DNA of 64,000 bases from Cyanophora paradoxa CCMP329 (Eukaryota > Plantae > Glaucophyta), in the NCBI GenBank assembly GCA_004431415.1, contig QPMI01000483.1, forward strand, positions 248,001 to 312,000, read 5' to 3'. The translations under genes were made by a program, and so were the position numbers. The notes beneath the pieces are model-generated. The model was not told the DNA's origin and did no database searches. It saw only the letters and a list, made by a program, of their open reading frames with translations. Positions 26,301 to 38,300 of the stretch are shown piece after piece. How positions within the stretch are numbered: the stretch's first letter is position 1; the number at the start of each line of letters is the position of its first letter.

Positions 26301-29300
26301 CTACTGCACATCTGGATCAATCACGGCGACTCCGGTCAATGCGAGCTATGGCAACATCTGCCCGGCCGGCAAGTACTGCCCTGGCGCTGCGAGCGGATCA
26401 GCAACGTGCGGCGCCATCGGCACCTCGGCGCCGATCGACTGCCCGCTCGGCACCTACTATCCGTTCCTTGGGCTTACGAACGTTACCGGCTGCATCAGCT
26501 GCGACGCGGGCATGGTCTGCAATGTCACTGGCCTCGTTCGGCCTGTGTACAACTGCCCTGTGGGTTACTACTGCCCATCTGGTACCATCACGCCCATTGC
26601 ATGTCCCGCTGGTTATTTCAACAACCAGACGAACGCGAAGGGTGCGCATTCTTCGGCTCATCGCTTCCCAGATGTTCTTTCTGATGATTTCGGGCAGCTC
26701 TGGGCCAGTGCCTGCCAGCTCCTCCAGGCTACTACAGTTCTGGTGTCGGCAACGCGAACCCGACTGGCCAGTGCGATGCCGGCTGGTATTGTGTCAACGC
26801 ATCGAGCACGCGGCAACAGTTTGTTGCAGAGCTGGGATACTACGCCCCGCAGGGCTCCGGCCAGCAGTACGCTTGCCTGCCCGGCACCTACCAAAACTCC
26901 ACGGCGCAGTCGACGTGCCTCACCTGCCCGGCGGGCTCATACTGCAACCGCTACGCCACCATCTCGCCGACGACTTGCCCGGCGGGCTTCTACTGCCCAG
27001 CTGGCTTGGCCACGTACCTCGAGTGCCCGCTCGGCTCGTACAGCAACAAGACGAGCAACAAGAACGTGACGGACTGCACGCCTTGCGATATCGGCATGTA
27101 CTGCGCCGGCACAGCTCTCACGGCGCCGTCCGGCCCGTGCACAGCCGGCTTCTACTGCCTCTTCGGCTCATCTGTACCGAACGGCACCGTCGGCTGGCCT
27201 CTTGCGCTCACTCTGATGGGCCAGAGCTCGTGGGGAGGCGTCTGCCCGAAGGGCATGTACTGCCCTGGTTCGGCGAACTCGGCACTGTCGCTGCCGGGCA
27301 GCGGCCAGCCGACGCCGTGTGAGCAGGGCTTCTACGCCGATACGAACATGAACGTCGGCTCGGCGGGCTGCAAGCCGTGCCCGACGGGTCGGTTCTGTAA
27401 CGCCACCGGCATGGTCGCTCCGGGCTCTACCTGCGAACCCGGGAGCTTCTGCGTGTGGGGCGCCCGCGTGTCGAACCCTCCGGCAAACGACGGCGTCGGC
27501 TCGTACGGCATCTTTGCCCTCAACGCCAACGGCAGCGGCCCGTGCCCTGTCGGTTATTTCTGCCCGAACGGCACCTACGCCTACATTTGCCCGGCTGGCT
27601 GGTACCAGAACCGCACGGCGCAGTCGTCGTGCATGCCGTGCCCGGCGGGCTTTGTCTGCTCTGCCGGCACCGTGCAGCCCATCCCGTGCCCCGTCGGATC
27701 GTATTGTGAGGCGTACACGACGCCCACCAACATCACCGCCTGCCCGGCTGGCAGGTACAACAATCGCACGGCTGTTGCATCCGTCCTAGGCTGCACGACC
27801 TGCGACGGCGGCATGTACTGTGCGACTGCGAACCTCACTGCCCCGACCGGCCCATGCTCCCCCGGGTACTACTGCCCGCCAGGCTCCGTCACTGCGACCG
27901 AAAACCTCTGCCCCGTTGGCAATTACTGCCCCGGCGGCCCGTGCCCAGGCATCGGCTCATCCGCGCCCATCCCCTGCCCTGTTGGCACCTTCAGCGGCAC
28001 CACCGGCAACCAGAACGTGTCCCATTGCCTGCCCTGCTCTGCTGGGCGCTACTGCGCCGGTACTGGCAACGAGTACCCGACGGGCAGCTGCAATGCCGGC
28101 TACTACTGCGCCAGCGGCGCTCCGAGCGCGACGCCGACCGACAACTCGCCATCCTACGGTCCGTGCCCGGTGGGCCACTTCTGCCCGTCTCCGGGCGGCA
28201 TCAGCCAGCCGCAGCAGTGCCCGGAGGGCACCTTCATGAACGCGACGGGTGCATCGACGTGCTACTCGTGCCCGCAGCGCTACTGGTGCCCGACGCGCGC
28301 CATGACTGCGCCGCTGGCTTGCCCGGCGGGCCGCTTCTGCGCGGGCGGCTCGAACTCGACCCCGCCCACCTGCCCGGCCGGCTCGTTCAGCAACCAGACG
28401 CTGCTCCGTGCTGCGTCAGAGTGCACGGCCTGCCCTGCCTCCTACTACTGCGACGGCACGACGCCCACAGCCCCGACCGGCCTCTGCGAGGCTGGGTACT
28501 TCTGTCGCTGCGGCGCGCCGAACCGCTTTGGTACCAACTCGACCTGCAACCCGGCCTCGCTGCCCGAGCCTGTGGGCCTTGGCCTCGGCGGCCTCTGCCC
28601 GCGCGGCAGCTACTGCGTCACCGGCACCAACATCCCCACGAAGTGCCCGTCGGGCTTCTGGACTTCGGAATCGGGCAACCGCAACATTTCCGGCTGCGTG
28701 CCGTGCCCGCGCGGGCTGTACTGCACGGACTCAGGCGCGCTCTCGTTCAACGAGAACAACAAGTGCTCGGCTGGCTACGTCTGCACGGGTGGCTCCGACA
28801 CTTCGACGCCCGTCAGTCTTCCTGCAGGCACTATCGACGGCACGGGCGGCTACCAGTGCGCGGCCGGCTACTTCTGCGAAGAGGGCGCTCTCCAGCAGCA
28901 GCCTTGCCCGCCGGCGACCTACAACCCAGTGCCCGGTGCTGGCTCGTGCCAGCCGTGCCGCGCCGGCACGTATTGCGACCAGTCGGGAATGACTAACGGC
29001 ACCGTCTGCCCAGTTGGCTTCTATTGCTCGCCCGGCCTCGCGCAGCCTCTCGTTTGCCCGCCAGGCACGTACGGCACGCGCACCGGCGCCCGCAACTACA
29101 CCGAGTGCCAGCTTTGCGACCAGGGCTACTACTGCTCGTCCACGCCGCGCACCTCGCCACAGGGCCGCTGCGATCCTGGCTACAACTGCGCCCACGGCGC
29201 CACTGTCCCGAACCCCGGCACGCTTGATGCTCTGGGCAACGGGCCGTGCCCGGCCGGCAGCTACTGTCCGAACGGCTGGAAGAACGACAACCGGTCGCGC

Positions 29301-32300
29301 GTCCTGTGCGACCCCGGCATGTACCGCGACGACCTGTTCGGCAAGGAGGCCGATGACTGCAAGCCCTGCTACGGCGGGAAGTACTGCAAGACTGCGGGGC
29401 TCGCCCAGCCAACCGCCAACTGCTCGGCCGGCTACTACTGCAAGGCCCTCGCCATCGACGAGATGCCCGGCGAGGACAACCTCGCCCTCTACGGCCCGTG
29501 CCCGCCTGGAAGCTACTGCCCCGAGGGCGAGCGCAACGCGCCCATCGGGTGTCCCCGTGGGTCCTTCCAGGCCAAGGCGGCCCAGCCGACGTGCGACATC
29601 TGCCCGGCCGGCTACTACTGCCTCGAGAACGCGACCGCCCCGATCGTACGCTGCGCCGTCCGCCCCTGCGCTCGTTTGATCGCTGACCCCGCCTCAGAGC
29701 TGCTGGGGCGGTTACTATTGCCCGGAGGGCTCATCGGAAGCGCCGATTTGGTGTCCCTCTGGCACGTACGGCGAGAAGCCAAACCTGAAGGCGGCCTCGG
29801 AGTGCACGCCTTGCCCGCCTGGCAAGTACTGCGCGAACGGCAACATCACCGGCGACTGCGCCGCTGGCTGTGCGTTGCGCGCCGCGCTCCTCTCTTAGGC
29901 CTAGCTGACCATGCGTGGTTCCCATTCGCAGTCCTCTGCCTCTCCAGCGCGGCCGTCCCGAACCCGCGCGACCAGCCTTGCCCGGCCGGCTCGTACTGCC
30001 CGCTCGGAACGCCCATCAAGTACCCGTGCCCGGCCGGCACGTACACGTTCGCGACCACGACGGGCGCGGCCTCGGAGGCGGACTGCCTGCAGTGCCCGCC
30101 GACGATGTATTGCCCGCCTGGCACCGGTGACGGCAACAGCACGGCGACCGCGCCGCTGGCCTGCCCGCCTGGCCACTACTGCGAGGGCTCCAACACGCCC
30201 GTCAACTACAACAGCTCGCGCAACTTCCTGCAGTGCGGCGCCAAGCCGCCGACGCCGTGCCCGAACGGCAAGTACTCCAGCGCGACGTCCAACTCGCGCC
30301 TCAGCGACTGCAAGGACTGCCGCGCTGGCTACATGTGCAACCAGACCGGCATGGTCGACGACACCATCTTCCCGTGCCCGCCTGGCTACTACTGCCCGGC
30401 TGGCACTGTCAACCCCAAGCCCTGCCGCGCCGGCACGTACCGCACGCTCCAGTTCGGCCTCACGCAGGACTCGTGCTCGGACTGCAATTCCACCTTCTAC
30501 TGCCCGGAGGGCGCCCCGCGCCTTATCGTCTGCCCGGCCGGCAACTACTGTCCGGCAATCTCGTCAGCTCCCACGCCGTGCCCGGCGGGCTCCTATTGCC
30601 CAGAGAAGGTCGCCGCACCCATCGACTGCGAGGCTGGCTTCTACTGCCCGTCCCAGTCGCCGGCAATGATCCCGTGCCCGGAGGGCGCCTACTGCGAGGC
30701 GAAGTCCCCGTGGCCGCAGTACTGCCCGAAGGGCACCCGCTTCAAGCAGGGCCCCGCCAACACGCGCTCGTCGTTCGAGGTGGCGTGCGAGTCGTGCCCG
30801 GCGGGCACCTACAACGACGTGGAGGGCAGCCTGACGTGCTCGGAGTGCGCGGCCGGATACTACTGCGTGCCGGCGTCGTCAGGCCCGCACAAGATCCACG
30901 GCGCCATCTCCCCGAGGCCCGAGTGGACCGCCAACGCGACGAACGCGGCCGACCTCGAGGCGGAGTACGGCGGCGGCCCGTGCCCCGAGGGCCACTACTG
31001 CCCGCAGGGCACCAAGCGCCCGATGGAGTTCCCGTGCCCAACCGGCACCTTCAACGGCAACATGCGCATGAAGGCGCTCAACGACTGCCTGCCGTGCCCT
31101 GAGAACAACTACCAGCATCAGGAGGGCCAGGCCGCTTGTCTGCCTTGCGGCTCCAGCTCGATTTCGACGGGCGGGGCCAGCACTTGCACGTGCTTGGGCC
31201 AGAACCGCGCCTTCCAGGTCAACGACAAGTCCTGCATCTGCAGGCCCGGCTTCGAGTTCTTCGACCAGAACCTGCAGCGCGCCGACGGCGACAGCACCAT
31301 CAACTGCGTGCCGATGCTCTACAGCCAGTGCTCGAACAGCCAGACTCGACTCTCGTCCGGTCTTTGCGGCTCCGATGAGTCCTGCGCCGCCGGCTGCCCG
31401 AGCGGCAAGGGCAAGCTTCGTGCGTCCCTGCCCCCCCCCCCCCCCCCCCCCCCCTTTTTTTTGCCGCTGCGCGTGTGCCCCGTCTCATCGCATCCCCCGC
31501 GCAGTCGCCAGCACCGGTGTGTGCGAGTGCGAGAACCTGCCATCGGTTGCGAGCATCTGCGGCGTCACGACCGGCGGGTCCTGCACGGTCAAGACCGAGC
31601 TCCGCGACGGTAACATCGAGATTACCGAGAACGGTGTCACCACCAAGATCCCGCTGCTCGACAGTGCGCCCCGGCCCGCGCCCCACGCCCCGCGCCGTCA
31701 CTGACGGACCCTCGACAGAGCGCTTCGGCGACCTCTCGAGCCTCTCGGGCGTCTCGGTGTCGGTCGTCGTGGCGGGCCAGAACGGGCTCTCGGGCGTCGT
31801 CTCGCCGACCGCGGACGCCGTCAAGGACGCCCTGCAGAAGAAGAACGGCAAGCGCCGCTCGCTGCTGCAGTCCTTGACGACGACGGCCGTCCCGAACCCG
31901 ACGATCTGCCTCCTCGAGGGCGACGTCCTCGCGTTCGACGTCTCGGCCGGCTCCTACCCCAAGTACGAGAAGGACAACCTGCTGAACAACAACCCCGACT
32001 TCGACTTCTCGCTGTTCCGCCAGCTCGAGTCGGCGATGGCGGGGGAGGAGAGCAGCCGGCCGGCGACCTTCGTCTTCCGCTTTTCGAACGCGGGCATCTA
32101 CGTCTTCCACGACTCGAAGAAGACGACGCAGACGATGATCGTGCGCGTCATGGGCTCCGACCAGAAGTGCGAGCTCTCGGCGGAGGGCCTCGAGGGCCCC
32201 ATCCGCACGACGACGGCGGCGGAGCTGACGAAGCTCGGCATCACCAAGAGCGACAACCTCGTCTTCCAGCCGAACTGGAACGTCATCGGCGGCCTCCTCT

Positions 32301-35300
32301 GCGCCTGCTTCCTCCTCGTCGCCCTCCTGCTGGGCGCCATCTACTACTTCGGGCGCAAGGGCTGGGGCCACGGCGCTGCCGCCAAGCCGCGGTACCGCCG
32401 CCTGGGCCAGAAGCACAACTTTGAGGCGTACGCGTCGAAGGGCTCGACGGTCACGAAGCAGATGAAGACGAAGAAGGTGATCGACCAGGACGGCAAGGAG
32501 GTCGAGGGCGTCATGTTCGACCCCAAGTCGTACGCGGACGACTTCTGGGACTTCGAGCAGCAGGTCGACCTCGAGAACTTCAACGTGAAGACGCTCTACG
32601 AGAAGCTGGACGACCAGACGATCCACGTGGCGACGGAGCTCGCCAAGCAGAACGTGGCCGTCAAGGACTTCTTCGACAAGCTCGTCGAGCAGACGGAGCA
32701 GCTCAAGAAGATGCTCGCCAACAAGTTCGGCATCAACCCCGACGAGCTCGGCATCGCCCCGACGAGCGATATGTTCGGGATGGACACGGGCCTCGGCCTC
32801 GAGTCGGGCGTCCCGCCCTTGGACGTCGGCGCGCTCGTCACCAAGGAGGACATCGCGGACCACGCGGAGATCGCGCAGCGCGAGCTCGAGGAGCAGCACG
32901 AGCGCGAGATGAAGCAGCTGGCGGCCGCGCAGGACGTCCAGAAGCAGGCGGAGATGACGCGCCTCGACCTCGAGAAGGAGGAGCGCATCGACGACGCGTG
33001 CCGCGCGATCGACAAGCGGACCGCGGAGGAGAAGGCGCTCCTGGAGGAGAAGCTGCGCAACGAGAGCGACCCGGTGAAGCGGCGCGAGATCCAGGCAGCC
33101 ATCGCGAACCTGCTGGAGCAGGCGGAGGCGGAGAAGCGGGCCGTGCGGCGCGAGATCGAGCAGGACCAGGCGCTCAAGCGGCAGGCGGCGCTCGCCAAGG
33201 TGGCGCGCAAGGCGGCGGTCGAGGCGGAGGCGAAGCGGCTGGAGCAGGAGGCCCAACAGGAGGCGATCGAGCGGCGGAAGGACATGGCGCTGGAGCTCGC
33301 CGCCCTCAAGGAGCGGCAGGCGAAGGAGCGGGGCGACCTGGAGGCCAACGTGCGCGTCGACAGCGACGCGGCGCTCAACGACCTCCTCCGCCGCCTGCAG
33401 GCCAAGCGCGGCGACGCGATGGCCCTCCTCAACGCCCGCGTCGAGCGCGACCTCCAGAACGCGAAGACGGACGAGGAGAAGGCGGCCATCCGCGCCCGCT
33501 ACAAGGCGGACGCGGAGCAGCTCAACGCCGAGCTCGCCTCGGAGGAGGCGCGCCAGCGCGCGAACATCGCGGCGGACGCGCAGAAGCGGCTGTACAACCA
33601 GCAGAAGCGCCACGACCTCGAGCTCAAGAAGAAGCTGCTCGAGCAGCAGGCCGTCGAGGAGGAGCTGAAGCTGAACACGGCGCACGCCAAGGACGACGGC
33701 GCCCTGATGATCGCCCAGGCGGAGGAGAAGGACGGCCTGGACCGCCAGATGGACGACGAGCTCGAGCACAAGATCCGCGACCTCAACGACGACTGCGAGA
33801 AGCAGATCGACGCCGAGGCGAAGCGGCTCGCGGAGGCGCGCGACGCCGAGCTGAGCGCCCCGGGCCTGACCGACGAGGAGCGCGCCGCCATCGACGCCCG
33901 CTACGACGCCATGCAGAACGACATGATCGCGCGCCTCAACGCCGAGCGCGACGAGGCGGAGAAGAAGCTGCGGGCGGAGCACGAGCGCGAGAAGGCGAAG
34001 CGCATGGCGGCGATGAAGACGCTGCAGGAGGCCGTCGTGCGCGCCAAGCAGGCGGAGCACGAGGCGGACCGCGAGGCGATGCGCGAGGCGGCGGCGGCGC
34101 GCGCGGCGGCGCTTGAGCTGCAGGCGAAGCAGGAGTCGGCGCTGGCGCAGCTCGAGGCGGAGCTGGACGCGGCGGCGGAGCGCGAGATTGCGGCGGCGCT
34201 GGCGGCGCAGAAGGCGAAGGACGAGGCGCTGCTGGCGGAGCGCAAGGCGGCGCTCGCGAAGGAGCTTGCGAACCCGAACCTCTCGGACGAGGAGCGGCAG
34301 CGCATCATCCGCGAGTTCGAGGGCAACCAGGACCGCCTGATGCGCTCCATGGACCTCGAGCGGGCGCGCCAGGAGCAGGCCCTGCGCGACAAGCTCGCGG
34401 CGCGCAAGAACAAGCTCCTGCTCGGCCAGCAGAAGAAGAACGACGCCGAGGCGAAGAAGGAGGCGGCGGCGCTCAAGGAGAAGGAGGACCAGGCGCGCCT
34501 GGCGGCGCAGCAGGCGCACGACGCGGCCGGGCTCCAGATCGGCCAGATCCGGGAGCTGATGGGGGAGGAGGAGAAGTCGCGGGACGAGGCGAAGGCGGCC
34601 CTCGCGGACGTCGAGGCGGCCCTGGACGCGAAGCTCGAGGACCAGAAGCGGGAGGCCTGGAACCGGGCGATGAACCAGCTCATGGACCCGAACCTGACGG
34701 ACGGCGAGCGCGCCAAGATCCTCAAGAAGTACGCCGACGAGTGCGCGGCGCTCGAGGCGGCGATGGCGGCGGAGAAGGCGCGGCAGCAGGAGGCGCTCCA
34801 GCGCCGCCTCGCCGAGCGCAAGGCCAAGCGCGACGCCGACCTGCGCCGCAAGCAGGAGCTCGAGGCGGCGGCCCTCGAGAAGGACCAGAACGCCGCGCGC
34901 GCCCGCACGGCCGCGGAGGACGCGGCGGCGGCGGCGGCGGCGGCGCTGGAGCTGGAGCAGATGAAGGCCCGCAACGCGCTCGAGGCGCAGCTCGACAAGG
35001 AGGGCGACGCGGAGGCGGCCCGCCTGGCGTCGCAGCTCGACGCGAGCCGCGACAAGGCCCTCGAGGAGCTCCGCAAGCGCCGCGACGCCGAGCTCGCCGG
35101 CGCCAAGACGGACGAGGAGCGCGCCCGCATCCTCGCCAAGTACGAGCAGGACTCGGCGGCGCTGGCGGCGGCCCTCGAGCTCGAGAAGCAGCGGCAGCAG
35201 CAGGCGCTCCGCGACAAGCTGGCGGCCCGCAAGGCCAAGAAGATGGCCGACCTGCAGGCCCAGCAGGACGCGGAGAAGGACCGGCTGGCAAAGGAGGCCG

Positions 35301-38300
35301 CGGCGAAGAAGGCGGAGGCGGAGCTGCACGCGCAGAACGAGGCCGACAAGCTGGCGCTCAAGCAGAAGCAGGCGGCGGAGCTGCAGCAGGCCGAGGCCGA
35401 CTTCCAGATGGAGCTCGACGGCTCGCTGCAGTCGGCGGCGGCCGACGCGGACCGCGAGCTCGCGTGGAAGCGGCAGGAGCTCGAGCTCGCCAAGTCGGCG
35501 GAGCTCGCCAACGCGAAGACGGACGACGAGCGGGAGCGCATCCTGGCCAAGTACCGCGAGGAGCAGGCCAAGCTCGAGGCGGCGATGGAGCTCGAGAAGC
35601 AGCGGCAGGCGCAGCAGCTGCGCGACCGCCTCGCGGCCCGCAAGGCCAAGAAGATGGCCGACCTCAAGGCCGTCCAGGGCGCCGAGTCGAAGCTGAAGGA
35701 CTCGGAGGCGGCGGCGGCCGAGGCGGCGGCGCGCCTGGCGCGCGAGGCGGAGGCGGCCAAGGCCAAGGCGGAGCGGGAGCACGAGGCGCAGCTCATGGCG
35801 GTCGAGACGGAGCTCGAGAAGCAGGCGCGCGAGGAGGAGGCGCGCATCGCGGAGACGATCCGGGAGCGGGGCGAGGACGCCCTCGCGAACCGCAAGGCGC
35901 AGCTCGACGCCGAGCTCGCCGGCGCCAAGACCGACGAGGAGCGCGCCCGCATCCTGGCGCGCTACCAGGCCGACGCGGCGGCCCTGCAGGCGGCCCTCGA
36001 CCTGGACAAGGCCCGCCAGGAGCAGGCGCTCCGCGACAAGCTCGCCGCGCGCCGCGCCAAGAAGCTCGCCGACGAGAAGGGCCGGTTCGAGGGCGACCTC
36101 GACCGCGCGAAGGAGGCGGCGGAGCTGGCGGCCAAGGAGGCGGCGCTGCGGGCGCAGCAGGAGCAGGAGCGGCTGGCGGCGGAGCTGGCGCAGAAGCGCG
36201 ACCTCGCCTCGGCGGACGAGGCCATGCAGCGCGAGTACGAGGCCAAGCTGGCGAGCGCCGAGGCGGACGCGCGCGCGCGCCTCGAGGCGGAGGCGACGGA
36301 GCTGCGCCGCAAGCTGGAGATGGCCCTCGCCGGCGCCACGAGCGACGAGGAGAAGCGCCGCATCCTCGCCGAGTACGAGAAGCAGCAGGCCGGCCTGGCG
36401 CGCACCCTCGAGTCGGAGAAGGACCGCCAGAACCGCCTCCTGCAGGAGCGCCTCGCCAAGCGCAAGGCGGCCAAGATGGCCGAGCTCCAGGCGAAGCAGG
36501 CGGCCGAGGCGGAGGCGCTGCGGCAGCAGCAGGCGGCCGAGGCCAAGATCCTGCAGCAGGAGCGCGAGGCGGCGGCGAAGCTCGCCGAGCTCGAGAAGAA
36601 GCAGTCGCAGGAGCTGCAGCAGCTGCAGAAGAAGTCGGACGCGGAGGAGATCCAGCAGCTGACTGCCAAGATGCAGGAGCTCGACTCGGCGGAGGACGCG
36701 GCGCTGGCGCGGCTCGACGAGCAGCGCGACGCGGCGCTCGCGGCGGCGACCACCGACGCCGAGCGCGCGCGCATCCTGCGCCAGTACGAGGAGGACCGCG
36801 ACAACCTCCTCAAGTCCATGGACCTCGAGCGCCAGCGGCAGGAGCAGGCGCTGCGCGACAAGCTCGCCGCCCGCCGCGCCCGCCGCGTCGGCGACCTCAA
36901 GATGAAGCAGGGGGCCGACCTGGCCTCGGCGGACGCGCAGGAGCAGGGCCGCCTGGCGGCCCTCAAGGCCGACGTCGACCAGAAGGCGGAGCTGGCGGCG
37001 CTGCAGGCCCAGCAGAAGGCGGAGCTGGCGGCCATCGCGGCCGAGTTCGAGCAGGAGAAGGTCCGCCTCGCCGCCGACATGGAGGACGCGATGCGGCGCC
37101 GCGGCGACGAGGAGCGCGCCGCGCTCGCCAAGCTGCGCGCCGCCGAGCTGGCCGGCGCCTCGAGCGACGCCGAGCGCAAGGCGATCATGGACAAGTACGA
37201 GAAGGAGCAGCGGGCGCTCGACGCGGCGCTCGGCGCCGACCGCAAGCGCCAGGAGGAGGACCTGCAGGCCAAGCTGCTCGCCCGCAAGGCCAAGCGCGAG
37301 GCGGAGCTCAAGCGCAAGCAGGAGGAGGAGCGCGTGCTCAAGGAGAAGGAGCTCGCCCTCGAGAAGGCGTCGGCGGAGGCGGCGGCGGCGGCGGCCAAGG
37401 AGGCGGCGGCGGCGCAGCAGCGGCTGGTGACCGACATGGTCAAGGCGGAGGACGCGCTCGAGGCGGAGATGGCCGGGGAGGAGAAGCAGGCGATGGCGGC
37501 CCTCGACCAGCAGCGCGCCCAGGAGGAGGCCGAGCTCAAGCGCAAGCGCGACGCCGACCTCGCCAACGCCCGCAGCGACGAGGAGCGCGCCCGCATCCTC
37601 GCGCAGTACGAGCGCGACTCGTCGGCCCTCAAGCACGCCACGGACGCCGAGAAGCTGCGGCAGCAGTCGGCCCTGGCCCAGAAGCTGGCGGCCCGCCGCG
37701 CGGCCAAGGAGGCGGAGATGCAGAAGCGGCTCGAGGTGGAGCAGCGCAAGGCGTCGGCCGAGAAGGAGCAGGAGGCGATGGGGGCGCGCCTCAAGGCCGA
37801 GGCGGAGCTCGCCGAGGCCGTCCGCAAGCTCGAGCAGGAGAAGGAGCTCATGGAGCAGGCGGCCGCCGCCGAGCGCGAGGCGGAGGCGGCGGCCGCCGAG
37901 GCCTCGATCGCCGCCGGCGAGGCGCTCGCGCGCGAGAAGCGCGTCCTCGCTGAGAAGCTGACGGCCGAGCTCAACGCCGACCCGAACATGACGGCGACGG
38001 AGCGGGCGCGGATCCTGTCCAAGTACCAGGAGCAGGCGAGCGCCCTCGAGTCGGCGATGTCGGCGGACAAGGCGCGGCAGATGAACGACCTCCAGGCGAA
38101 GCTCGCGGCGCGCAAGGCGAAGCGCGAGGCGGAGCTCAAGGCCAAGCACGAGGCGGAGGCCAAGCTGAAGGCGGTGGAGGAGGAGGCGAAGCGGAAGGAG
38201 ATGGAGGTCAAGGCCGTGGCCGAGGCGCAGCTGGCGGACCTCAAGGGCAAGCAGATCGAGGAGCAGCTCAAGGCGGAGGAGGACCTCGAGGCGCAGATGT

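Noticed and set aside
5577-31400. Many overlapping alternative-frame ORFs in the Cys-repeat region, and treating each Cys ORF as a separate gene
   Set aside because: All are explained as exons of one gene joined by short introns, or as off-frame shadows in GC-rich DNA.
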